DNA of 64,000 nt, from positions 5,504-69,503 of the forward strand of contig CAYXJZ010000005.1 of assembly GCA_964465355.1 (NCBI GenBank), written 5' to 3'. Below the pieces are notes generated by a model. The model worked only from the letters and a program-made list of their open reading frames with translations. It made no database searches and was not told where the DNA came from. Made by a program: the position numbers and the translations under genes. Source of the stretch: an uncultured bacterium (GTDB lineage: Bacteria > Deinococcota > Deinococci > Deinococcales > Trueperaceae). This document shows, one piece after another, positions 36,922 to 44,966 of the stretch. How positions within the stretch are numbered: position 1 is the first letter of the stretch; each line of letters starts with the position of its first letter.

Positions 36922-37683
36922 GTGTCGGAGTGGATGTGGAGCCTGCTGCAACCAAGCAGCCTGCTGGTGATCCTGGTGGCCTTGGCCCTGCTGGCTTCGC
37001 TGCTGCGCTGGGTGGCGCTGGCGACTACCCTGCTGACGTTGTTCCTTGCCAGCATCGCCGCCATCGTGTTCCTGCCGCTGGACGAGTGGCTTGGCGCACC
37101 GTTGGAGGACCAGGTGGTGGCCGCCGCCCTGCCTGAGCGCGTCGACGGCATCGTGGTGCTGGGCGGCGCCGTGGACTGGCGCGTCAGCCAGGACCGCTCG
37201 CAGCTCTCGCTGAACGCCGCCGGGGAGCGGGTGGTGGCCGCCGCCGCGCTGGCCCAGCGCTACCCCGACGCTCGCCTGATCTTCACCGGAAGCTTCGGTG
37301 ACGTCTTCGCCCGCGACCTGCGCACGACCCCGCAGCCAGGCACGCTGTTCTACGGACCGCACTTCGCAGGGCGGCAGATCAGCTACCTCGGTGCCTCGCG
37401 CAGCACCTACGAAGACGCCCTGCTCGCCTTGGAGGCGGCGACGCCGCAGGCCGGCGAGACCTGGCTGCTGGTGACGAGCGCCTACCACATGCCTCGTGCA
37501 GAAGGCACCTTCCGCGCCTTGGGCTGGCGGTTGTTGCCCGTGCCCGTCGACTACCGCAGCACAGGCCATCCGCGGCTGCAGGCCAGCTTCGAGGTGGCGG
37601 GGCGGCTGGCCGACCTGGACCGGCTGGTGCGGGAGTGGGGGGCCATCACCGTGTACAGGCGTGAGGGCCGGATGGTGGACTGA
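36922..37683 (+). CDS. YdcF/ElyC family (DUF218) membrane-anchored protein
   Basis: N-terminal TM helices are followed by IVVLGG ... LIFTG ... LVTSAYHMPRA motifs. GTG start. Confidence 0.85.
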   Translation: MSEWMWSLLQPSSLLVILVALALLASLLRWVALATTLLTLFLASIAAIVFLPLDEWLGAPLEDQVVAAALPERVDGIVVLGGAVDWRVSQDRSQLSLNAAGERVVAAAALAQRYPDARLIFTGSFGDVFARDLRTTPQPGTLFYGPHFAGRQISYLGASRSTYEDALLALEAATPQAGETWLLVTSAYHMPRAEGTFRALGWRLLPVPVDYRSTGHPRLQASFEVAGRLADLDRLVREWGAITVYRREGRMVD

Positions 37684-37688
37684 GGATC

Positions 37689-38039
37689 TCAGTCCATCGT
37701 GGTCAGGGTGGCCACCAGCTGTGGCACTTCTTCGCAGATGGCTGTCCAGATGATCGCCTCGTTGACGCCATCGTCGTCATGGGCAATGCGGTTTCGGGTA
37801 TCCCGCACAGCCCGCCAAGGCACCCCGGGGTGGGCGTCTCTGAAGGCCTGTGACAAGCGGTCAGCCGCAGCGGACACGTTCAGGATCACTGTGCGTGCCG
37901 CATACTTGAGCACGCTGCCGTCGGCGTCCTCGGCGAAGAACGCGGCCTGTCCACGGGCGGTGATCGAGGCCGCCACCGAAGCGAAGGTCTGCAGGTCCGC
38001 CAAGGTGCGTGCGTCACGGCTGCTGTCCAGATCGCTCAT
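37689..38039 (-). CDS. hepT: HepT-like (DUF86) RNase toxin
   Basis: 116 aa with a four-helix pattern. RNRIAHDDDGVN corresponds to the Rx4HxY motif, with the Tyr position occupied by Asp. Its ATG overlaps the upstream remnant ORF stop (ATGA). Confidence 0.8.
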   Translation of the reverse strand: MSDLDSSRDARTLADLQTFASVAASITARGQAAFFAEDADGSVLKYAARTVILNVSAAADRLSQAFRDAHPGVPWRAVRDTRNRIAHDDDGVNEAIIWTAICEEVPQLVATLTTMD

Positions 38040-38255
38040 AGCGGGATGGCCTGTGCGCGAGCCTGCTCCAGGACGCGCCCTTCTCCGCGATCATCGATCA
38101 CCTCGTCGCGGTGACGGGCCAGCAGCTGCGAAGGGCGTGGGCGGCAGGCGTTCGAGCGTCTGCGCGTTCGGAACGACGCGGCCGGTCTCGTACGCGGCGA
38201 TCCTGGGTTGCGCGACACCAGACAACTCGGACAGCTCCCTTTGCGTCAGGGCAAC
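38036..38255 (-). pseudogene. Decayed HTH + nucleotidyltransferase (MNT-type) antitoxin remnant
   Basis: Frame A (38255..38091) reads VALTQRELSELSGVAQPRIAAYETGRVVPNAQTLERL. This is an XRE HTH lacking its first helix and any start codon, and it abuts the asd TAG in frame. Frame B (to 38036) reads RPSQLLARHRDEVI...RVLEQARAQAIPL*, which resembles the linker and extreme C-terminus of MNT antitoxins. No GS-x-ARG NTase core is present. Confidence 0.55.
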
Positions 38256-38261
38256 CGCCGG

Positions 38262-39251
38262 CTAGAACAGCCGCTCGGCGATCTGCACCGCGTTCAGTGC
38301 GGCGCCCTTGCGGAGCTGGTCGCCGGCCACGAACAACGCGATGCCGCCAGGCAGGCTGGCGTCCTCGCGGATGCGGCCGATGAGCACGTCGTCCTGACCG
38401 GTGGCGTCGATGGGCATGGGGAAGTGGTTGGCCTCGCGGTCGTCGACCAGCTTGACGCCGGGCGCCTCTTTCAGCGCCTCGCGGGCCTCGGCCTCGGTCA
38501 CCGGCCGCTGGAACTCGGCGTGGATGGCCTCACTGTGGGCCTGCACGACGGGCACACGGATGCAGGTGACCGACAGGCGGAGGTTGGGCAGGCTCATGAT
38601 CTTGCGCGACTCCGCCATGAACTTGCTCTCCTCGACGTTGTAGCCGTCGATGCCCACCTCGGTGTCGTGGCTGAAGAGGTTGAAGGCGATGCGGTGGGGG
38701 AACTTCTGCGGTTCGGGATCCTCGCCCGCCAGCACCGCACGCGTCTGCGTCAGCAACTCCTCGATGGCGGCCTGCCCGGCGCCGGAGACCGCCTGGTAGG
38801 TGGCCACGGTGGCGCGCACCAGCCCGAAGGCTCGGTGCAGCGGTGCAAGGGCGAGCAGGGCCACGATGGCGGCGCAGTTGGGGTTGGCGATGATGCCTTG
38901 GTGCTCGGCGATGGCGCCGGGGTTGACCTCGGGCACCACCAGCGGCACCCGCGGGTCCATGCGCCAGGCGCTGGTGTTGTCGACGACCACGGCCCCCGAC
39001 CTGGCCCATGACCAGGCGTAGGCCTTGGACAGCGAACCGCCAGCTGAGGAGAAGACGACGTCGGCGCCAAGGTTGCCGTCCTCCGGCAGGGCCTCGATGA
39101 CCAGCTCGTCTCCCTTGAAGCGCACGGTCTTGCCAGCCGAGCGCGGGGAGGCGAACAGGCGCAGGCTGCCAATGGGGTATGCGCGCTCCTCCAGGATCCT
39201 GAGAAGCTCTTGCCCGACGGCTCCGGTGGCGCCAACGATGGCGGTTCGCAT
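38262..39251 (-). CDS. asd: Aspartate-semialdehyde dehydrogenase
   Basis: 329 aa, beginning MRTAIVGATGAVGQELL, with the active site IANPNCAAI and the motif VSGAG. Start at ATG 39251. The upstream part of track ORF 38262..39512 is junk. Confidence 0.96.
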   Translation of the reverse strand: MRTAIVGATGAVGQELLRILEERAYPIGSLRLFASPRSAGKTVRFKGDELVIEALPEDGNLGADVVFSSAGGSLSKAYAWSWARSGAVVVDNTSAWRMDPRVPLVVPEVNPGAIAEHQGIIANPNCAAIVALLALAPLHRAFGLVRATVATYQAVSGAGQAAIEELLTQTRAVLAGEDPEPQKFPHRIAFNLFSHDTEVGIDGYNVEESKFMAESRKIMSLPNLRLSVTCIRVPVVQAHSEAIHAEFQRPVTEAEAREALKEAPGVKLVDDREANHFPMPIDATGQDDVLIGRIREDASLPGGIALFVAGDQLRKGAALNAVQIAERLF

Positions 39252-39259
39252 GGTCGCCG

Positions 39260-39265
39260 AGACTA
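39260..39265 (-). promoter_or_regulatory. -10-like TAGTCT 8 nt upstream of the asd ATG (leaderless-type)
   Basis: Minus strand TAGTCT-N8-ATG, no SD. Confidence 0.4.
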
Positions 39266-39300
39266 GCACGAGCGGCGTGCTGGGCGTGGCCGGCCCTAGG

Positions 39301-39306
39301 TACACT
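39301..39306 (+). promoter_or_regulatory. -10-like TACACT 7 nt upstream of the proB GTG (leaderless-type)
   Basis: TACACT-N7-GTG, no SD. It lies in the 62-bp asd/proB divergent spacer. Confidence 0.4.
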
Positions 39307-39313
39307 TCCCGGC

Positions 39314-40444
39314 GTGAGTGCCGTGCCCCCCTTGCCCGGTCGCTACCGCCGCGTGGTGGTGAAGGTCGGCAGCAGCTCCTTGACCGACGAGGCCGGCCGC
39401 ATCCACCTGCCATCCATGTGGGCCATCGCCCGCGGGCTGCAGGTGCTGGCGGCGGCCAGCGGGGCGCAGCCGGTGCTGGTCTCGTCAGGGGCGGGGGCCG
39501 CCGGTCGGGCACGCCTTGGCCTTGAGCTGCCGCTCACACTGCCGGAGAAGCAGGCCGCCGCCGCGGTGGGCCAGGCCCTGCTCATGCTCGACTGGGAGCG
39601 GGCGCTGTCCCCGCAGACCGTGGCCCAGCTGCTGCTGAGCGCGGGCGACGTGCAGCGGCGGGAGCGCTACGTCAACGCCAAGAACGCGCTGGAGGCCCTG
39701 CTCAAGCTGGGGGTGCTGCCGGTGGTCAACGAGAACGACAGCGTGGCCACCGCCGAGCTCAAGCTGGGGGACAACGACACCCTCTCGGCCTGGGTGGCCT
39801 ACCTGGTCGACGCCGACCTGCTGGTGCTGCTCACCGACGTCAACGGCCTCTACGACCGGGACCCGCGCTTCCATCCCGAGGCGCGGGCGCTGGAGGTGGT
39901 GGAGGACGTCGAGGCGGTGACGGCCGTGGCCGGTCATCCCGGCAGCCGCCGCGGCACCGGAGGCATGGTCACCAAGCTGCGGGCGGCGCGCATCGCCACC
40001 CGAGCCGGCATCGAGACGCTGGTCATCGGCGGTGGCGGGGCTGGGCTGGAGGCCCTGGCCAGGGGAGAGGTGTGGGGCACGCGCTTCCTGGCCAAGCGCA
40101 GCGCGTCGGCGCGCAAGGCATGGATCAGCGAGCAGCCGGTGCGAGGTCGGCTTGAGGTGGACACGGGCGCAGGCGCCGCCTTGGGCAAGGGGCGCAGCCT
40201 GCTGCCTTCCGGGGTGGTGGCCAGCAGCGGCGACTTCGCCTTCGGCGACGCGGTGGACGTGGTCTGCGATGGGCGCCTCATTGCCCGCGGCCTGAGCAAC
40301 TACGCGGCCGACGCCATGGCCCGCATCCGCGGTCGTCACAGCAGCCAGATCGCCGAGTTGCTCGGGGCCAAGGACTTCGACGAGGTCATCCATCGTGACA
40401 ACCTGGTTTGGCTTGGGTCGTCTGGTACCATGCCGCCAGCATGA
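39314..40444 (+). CDS. proB: Glutamate 5-kinase (with PUA domain)
   Basis: It has VVVKVGSSSLT and NENDSVATAELKLGDNDTLSA motifs, and a C-terminal PUA-like segment GRLEVDTGA...GDAVDV. Confidence 0.95.
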   Translation: MSAVPPLPGRYRRVVVKVGSSSLTDEAGRIHLPSMWAIARGLQVLAAASGAQPVLVSSGAGAAGRARLGLELPLTLPEKQAAAAVGQALLMLDWERALSPQTVAQLLLSAGDVQRRERYVNAKNALEALLKLGVLPVVNENDSVATAELKLGDNDTLSAWVAYLVDADLLVLLTDVNGLYDRDPRFHPEARALEVVEDVEAVTAVAGHPGSRRGTGGMVTKLRAARIATRAGIETLVIGGGGAGLEALARGEVWGTRFLAKRSASARKAWISEQPVRGRLEVDTGAGAALGKGRSLLPSGVVASSGDFAFGDAVDVVCDGRLIARGLSNYAADAMARIRGRHSSQIAELLGAKDFDEVIHRDNLVWLGSSGTMPPA

Positions 40445-41001
40445 CCATCCGCTCCCAGCTCGCCTACGCTGCCATCGGGGTGGTCCTGGTCCTCGGCCTG
40501 CTCAGCCTCTTCAACCCGGTCTTCTCGGCCCGTCTGTTGGGGCTGGACGTGGCCATCGCGCGCGGCATCTCCGAGGTGCGCTCCACCTACGGTGCCATGC
40601 ATGTGACCCTGGCCGCCATGCTGCTGTGGGCCATGCCACTGCGGCCTCGCTCAGGCATGATCGTGCGCCTGCTCGGTCTGCTGTGGATGGGCGCGGCGGC
40701 CGGCCGGGTGGCCAGCATCGCCATCGACGGTGTGGTCACGCCCACCAACCTGCTGTTGGCCGCTGTGCAACTGGCGGTGGCCGGACTGCTCGTATGGGCC
40801 AGCTTCGAAGTCCCGCCAAGCCCCGCCGAGCAGCGGGCACGGCGCGAGGAGACTGCCGCCAGACGCCGCCTCGAAGCCGCCAAGGCGGCGGCCAAGGCCG
40901 GCCAGACCACGACCGCGCCTGCCTCAACAGCGCGTCCCCCTGCCTCAACCGTCTCGCCTGTCGCGCGCGAAGCCGAAGGTCCCCGCTCCGATACGCCGTG
41001 A
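40441..41001 (+). CDS. DUF4345-like membrane protein with Ala/Lys/Arg-rich tail
   Basis: It has four hydrophobic helices and an EVRSTYGAMHV motif. ATGA overlap with proB and GTGA overlap with hisZ. Confidence 0.68.
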   Translation: MTIRSQLAYAAIGVVLVLGLLSLFNPVFSARLLGLDVAIARGISEVRSTYGAMHVTLAAMLLWAMPLRPRSGMIVRLLGLLWMGAAAGRVASIAIDGVVTPTNLLLAAVQLAVAGLLVWASFEVPPSPAEQRARREETAARRRLEAAKAAAKAGQTTTAPASTARPPASTVSPVAREAEGPRSDTP

Positions 41002-42215
41002 GCCTCGGCCCACCGGAAGGCACCCGCTACCTCCTGCCCGACGCCGCTGCCCGCCGCACGGCGATGATGGCCACCCTGCGCGAGCTCTACCGCGGCTGGG
41101 GCTACGACCTGGTGGAGTCGCCCTCGCTCGAGCGCTACGACGCCCACCACCCCCGCGCCGAGCAGTCCTTCAAGCTGGTCGACCGCGACGGCGGCGTGCT
41201 GGCGCTGCGCAGCGACTTCACCCCGGCGTTGGCTGCCCTCGTGCGCGGCCAGCATCCCGAGGTGGCGAACGGGGAGCAGCGGCCCCTGCGCTGGCAATAC
41301 GCCGGGACGGTGTGGCAGGCCACGCAGCCGGAGATCGTGCGCGTGCGGGAGTTCAGCCAGGTGGGCTTGGAGCTGATCGGCGTCTCCAACGCCCGCGCCG
41401 ACGCCGAGATCATCCACTTGGCGCGTGAGTCGCTTCGCGTCCTCGGTCTGCGGCCACGCCTCGAGGTGGGCAACCCCGGCTTCGTGCGCGCCCTCTTCGA
41501 GGAGGCCAAGGTCCCCAAGGCGCGGCAGGACGACTTCGCCGACGCCATCGATCGCAAGGATCGCAGCGACCTGCGCGCGCTCATCGAGGCGGAGGGTCTG
41601 CAGGCCGAGCCCGGATCGGCGGTGTCTGCCCTGCTGCAGGTGCCTGATCTCTTCGGTGGCGACGAGGTGCTGGTGCGAGCGAAGCAGTCCATGCCATGGC
41701 CCAGGGTGCAGCACGAGATCGGACGTTTGGAAGGCGTGCTGCGCGAGTTCGAGGACGCCAGCGAGTTGATGCTCGACCTGGCCATGGCCCGTCGCCTCTC
41801 CTACTACACCGGTGTGACCTTCCGGGCCTACACCCCCGACTTCGGCCAGCCCCTGCTGGGTGGCGGCCGCTACGACGGCGCCCTGCTGCCCGCCGCCGCC
41901 GGCTTCTCCATCGGCATGGAGCGGCTGCTGCAGGCCACCCGCGCCCTCTCGCCCGAGCCCGAGCCGCCCGCCAAGGTGCTGTCGCTTGACGACCCTGCTG
42001 CCCGAAGGCTGCGGCGCGGCGGCGTGCGCGTGCTGCGCGCGCTGCAAGAGGATCCAGATGAAGCGAGGCGCGAGGCGCTGACCCACGGCGCCGCCTACCT
42101 GCTGCTGGAGGGGCGCCTCGAGGCCGCGGGCGATGGCGCTTCTGCCGATGAGCTGGCTCAGCTGCAGGCCTTGATCGACGACGGTGCGCCTTCACCGGAA
42201 GGCGCTGCATCATGA
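40998..42215 (+). CDS. hisZ: ATP phosphoribosyltransferase regulatory subunit HisZ
   Basis: It is a HisRS-like catalytic-domain paralog (GTRYLLP, LRSDFT, REFSQVGLELIG, YYTGVTFRAY, GGGRYD). GTG 40998. The upstream 200 codons of track ORF 40395..42215 are an alternative-frame artefact over proB/DUF4345. Confidence 0.9.
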   Translation: MSLGPPEGTRYLLPDAAARRTAMMATLRELYRGWGYDLVESPSLERYDAHHPRAEQSFKLVDRDGGVLALRSDFTPALAALVRGQHPEVANGEQRPLRWQYAGTVWQATQPEIVRVREFSQVGLELIGVSNARADAEIIHLARESLRVLGLRPRLEVGNPGFVRALFEEAKVPKARQDDFADAIDRKDRSDLRALIEAEGLQAEPGSAVSALLQVPDLFGGDEVLVRAKQSMPWPRVQHEIGRLEGVLREFEDASELMLDLAMARRLSYYTGVTFRAYTPDFGQPLLGGGRYDGALLPAAAGFSIGMERLLQATRALSPEPEPPAKVLSLDDPAARRLRRGGVRVLRALQEDPDEARREALTHGAAYLLLEGRLEAAGDGASADELAQLQALIDDGAPSPEGAAS

Positions 42216-42835
42216 CCAGCGGTCCTGGCTTGGTGTTGGCGCTGCCCAAGGGCCGTGTCATGCAGCGCAGCCTGGAGGCACTGCGGGCCGCCGGCCTGCG
42301 GTTGTCGGAGAACCCGAGCCAGCGGCTGCTGCGCTACGACGCCGGCGACGCCACCGTCATCGAGATGCGCAACGCCGACGTGGTGGCCTACGTCGAGCTG
42401 GGCGTGGCCGACGCCGGGGTGGTGGGCAAGGACCAGCTCGTCGAGGCCTCCTCGAGCCTCTACGAGCCGGTTGACCTCGGCTTCGGCGTCTGTCGCATGG
42501 CGCTCATCCGGCCGCGCGGTGCCAAGGGCCCCATCGAGCGGGTGGCCTCCAAGTACCCGCGACTCACCGCCGACTACCTGCGCCGTCGCGGCAGCGGCGC
42601 CGAGGTGGTGGAACTCAGCGGCAACGTGGAGCTGGCCTGCCTCACCGGCCTGGCCGACGCGGTGGTGGACGTGGTGGAGACCGGCACCACCTTGCGCACC
42701 AACGACCTCGAGGAAGTGGACGTGATCTTCCGCTCCAGCGCGCGCTTCGTGGTGAACAGGGCGTCGCTGAAGCTCAAGGGGGAGTTGCTGAGGCCGCTGC
42801 TGGAGGCCTTGCGGGGGTTGCCTGGCGCGACGTGA
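42212..42835 (+). CDS. hisG: ATP phosphoribosyltransferase, short form
   Basis: 207 aa with LALPKGR, DVVAYVELGVADAGVVGKD and DVVETGTTLRTN motifs. ATGA overlap with hisZ. Confidence 0.95.
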   Translation: MTSGPGLVLALPKGRVMQRSLEALRAAGLRLSENPSQRLLRYDAGDATVIEMRNADVVAYVELGVADAGVVGKDQLVEASSSLYEPVDLGFGVCRMALIRPRGAKGPIERVASKYPRLTADYLRRRGSGAEVVELSGNVELACLTGLADAVVDVVETGTTLRTNDLEEVDVIFRSSARFVVNRASLKLKGELLRPLLEALRGLPGAT

Positions 42836-42849
42836 TGTAAGATTACATC
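42834..42849. promoter_or_regulatory. Inverted repeat GATGTAA-ga-TTACATC overlapping a TAAGAT -10-like box, immediately upstream of vapB
   Basis: Arms at 42834-42840 and 42843-42849. TAAGAT lies at 42838-42843, 6 nt before ATG 42850. The left arm overlaps the hisG stop codon. Confidence 0.4.
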
Positions 42850-43107
42850 ATGAAGCGCACCCAGATCTCCCTCACCGACGAGGACCGTCGGGTGCTCGAT
42901 GCGGAGGCGAAGCGGACGGGCCGCTCGATCTCGGCGCTGATCCGGGAGGCGGTCGGCCAGGTCTACGGGAGTCGCCGGGAGACGGAGAGCGACCTTCGCG
43001 CCATCGATCAGGCGCTGGGCGCATGGGATGGGCGCGAGTCCGATGGGGCGGGGTATGTCGAACAGATTCGCTCTGGCCGCCGACTGGCTGACCTCGGGGA
43101 ACGATGA
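42850..43107 (+). CDS. vapB: Ribbon-helix-helix (CopG-type) antitoxin
   Basis: 85 aa. MKRTQISLTDEDRRVLDAEAKRTGRSISALIREAV is an RHH fold. ATGA overlap with the PIN gene. Confidence 0.85.
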   Translation: MKRTQISLTDEDRRVLDAEAKRTGRSISALIREAVGQVYGSRRETESDLRAIDQALGAWDGRESDGAGYVEQIRSGRRLADLGER

Positions 43108-43481
43108 ACTTCGTGATCGACACGTCGGTGCTGATCGACATCCTGCGTGGTGAGGCTCAGGCTGCCTCTGTCCTGCGGGAGGCGCGTCTGGCTGGAGCCT
43201 TGCATGCCAGCGATGTGACGAGACTCGAGGTGTTGGCGGGCATGCGGGCGCCGGAGGAGCAAGTCACCCGCCGCCTGCTCTCGGTGCTCGAATGGCACCC
43301 GCTGGACGAAGCCGTGGCCGAACTGGCTGGTGACCTGGGGCGGCGTTGGCTGCCGGGGAACCGAGGCATCGACTCGGCCGATCTCGCCGTGGCTGCGACG
43401 GTCATCCGCCTCGACGCTCGACTCCTCACCCGGAACGTGAAGCGCTTCCCGATGTTCGAGGGTCTGGCGGCTCCGTACTAA
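43104..43481 (+). CDS. vapC: PIN-domain toxin
   Basis: 125 aa, beginning MNFVIDTSVLID (first acidic residue), with later E and D (DLAVAATV...LLTRN) positions typical of VapC. Confidence 0.9.
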   Translation: MNFVIDTSVLIDILRGEAQAASVLREARLAGALHASDVTRLEVLAGMRAPEEQVTRRLLSVLEWHPLDEAVAELAGDLGRRWLPGNRGIDSADLAVAATVIRLDARLLTRNVKRFPMFEGLAAPY

Positions 43482-43617
43482 GTCTGCGGTTGGTACGACG
43501 TTTCGGCGTAAGTAGATCACCCGTTCCCGCGCAGCTCGTGATCCTGGTAGGCATGGCTCACCTCCCGCAGCAGGTGTAGAACCGGCGGTCTACGATGACG
43601 CACGTGGAGGCCGGCAG

Positions 43618-43989
43618 ATGAGTGACCCTGAGGTAGACCACACCTGGATCGACGAAGCCGTCGCCACGCTGCCCGGCGCCGAGGCGGAGTACAAGCCCGA
43701 TTGGGACGCCCACCTCTACCGAGTGGCCGGCAAGCTCTTCGGCACCCGTGGGCACTACCGCGACGGCCGCCCCATCGTGACGCTGAAGCTGGACCCGGAG
43801 TTCGGCGAGTTGCTGCGCCAGAACCACGATTGGGTCATCCCCGGCTACTACTCGAACAAGCGGCACTACAACTCCGTCTTCCTCGATGCTGACGTGCCGC
43901 GCCAGCAGGTCCTCGACCTGCTGCACGACGCCTACGAGCTGGTGGTAGCAGCGCTGCCGAAGAAGGTGCGAGCGACGCTGGGCGCCTGA
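43618..43989 (+). CDS. MmcQ/YjbR family DNA-binding protein
   Basis: 123 aa with HLYRVAGKLFG, VTLKLDPE and GYYSNKRHYNSV motifs characteristic of the YjbR fold. Confidence 0.83.
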   Translation: MSDPEVDHTWIDEAVATLPGAEAEYKPDWDAHLYRVAGKLFGTRGHYRDGRPIVTLKLDPEFGELLRQNHDWVIPGYYSNKRHYNSVFLDADVPRQQVLDLLHDAYELVVAALPKKVRATLGA

Positions 43990-44061
43990 GTGGGAGCTGT
44001 GCCGCCCACCGAACACTTACCCCTTGCGCTAAGTATCATGCGCCTGCTATAACTTAGCCTC

Positions 44062-44403
44062 ATGGCTCAGCATCAGCAGCTCGACGGCGTCTTCCATGCC
44101 CTGGCCGATCCCACCCGCCGCCACGTGATCGGCAGGCTGGCGGCGGGGCCGGCGAGCGTGGGTGAGTTGGCAGCGCCCTTCGACATGGCCTTGCCATCGT
44201 TCATGAAGCACATCCGCCATCTCGAGGACGCCGGCTGGATCAGCACCCACAAGTCCGGCCGGGTGCGGACCTGTGTGCTCGAACGCGGGCCCTTCGCCGC
44301 CGTCGAGACCTGGCTGGATGAACAGCGGGCCATCTGGGAAGGCCGCACCGACCGCCTCGAGCGGTTCCTCGCGACCACCCTTGCCGAGGAGGCGCAGGAA
44401 TGA
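44062..44403 (+). CDS. ArsR/SmtB family transcriptional regulator
   Basis: It has FHALADPTRRHVIGRLAAGPASVGELAAPFDMALPSFMKHIRHLEDAGWI. TAACTT lies 6 nt upstream of the ATG (leaderless-type). Confidence 0.9.
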   Translation: MAQHQQLDGVFHALADPTRRHVIGRLAAGPASVGELAAPFDMALPSFMKHIRHLEDAGWISTHKSGRVRTCVLERGPFAAVETWLDEQRAIWEGRTDRLERFLATTLAEEAQE

Positions 44404-44876
44404 CCACATCCGCACATCCGGAGCTCGACCTCACGATCTCGCGGGTCATCAAGGCCCCGCGCGCAGCCTTGTGGGCGGCATGGACGAACCCGGCGAGCTT
44501 CGAGAAGTGGTGGGTGCCTGCCCCGGCGGTTTGCCGGGTCCTCGACATGGACCTACGGCCAGGTGGTGGCTTCCGCACCGAGATCAGCGAGGACGGGGGC
44601 GACTTCAAGCCGCACATGATGGGCTGCTTCCTTGCCGTCGACGCCTTCGAACGGATCGTGTTCACCGACGCGCTGGTCGGTGGCTGGCGACCGGCGGAGA
44701 ACGCCTTCGTGACCGCCGTCATCACCATGAAGGACCACCCCCTCGGCACGGCGTATCTCGCCACCGCCATGCACCGGAACGCCGACGACCGCGACCAGCA
44801 CGAGCGGCTCGGCTTCCACGACGGTTGGGGCGCGGTGGTCGGCCAGCTCGCCGAGCTCGTCGAGCCCAAGGCCTGA
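44400..44876 (+). CDS. SRPBCC/AHSA1-domain protein
   Basis: It has LTISRVIKAPRAALWAAWTNP...KWW and HDGWG motifs. ATGA overlap with arsR, which is the usual ArsR-AHSA1 pairing. Confidence 0.87.
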   Translation: MTTSAHPELDLTISRVIKAPRAALWAAWTNPASFEKWWVPAPAVCRVLDMDLRPGGGFRTEISEDGGDFKPHMMGCFLAVDAFERIVFTDALVGGWRPAENAFVTAVITMKDHPLGTAYLATAMHRNADDRDQHERLGFHDGWGAVVGQLAELVEPKA

Positions 44877-44966
44877 GCGGGCCTGGACGAGAACCGCGAT
44901 GCCCGCCTTGGTCGCCGCCGACGCATCCGACTGAAGGCTCTCATCCCCCGTGCCGACAATGTCGGC

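Noticed and set aside
38036-38218. 60-aa minus ORF as an intact antitoxin for HepT
   Set aside because: Its first half is Arg/Pro/Ser-rich alternative-frame sequence over an XRE HTH that is encoded in a different frame. Only the last ~30 codons look genuine. The region is therefore treated as a decayed antitoxin, although a functional short peptide cannot be excluded.
40395-40997. N-terminal 200 codons of track ORF 40395..42215
   Set aside because: This is an alternative frame over proB and the DUF4345 gene, and it is Arg/Pro/Gly-rich. HisZ homology begins only at GTG 40998, which forms a GTGA overlap with the preceding gene.
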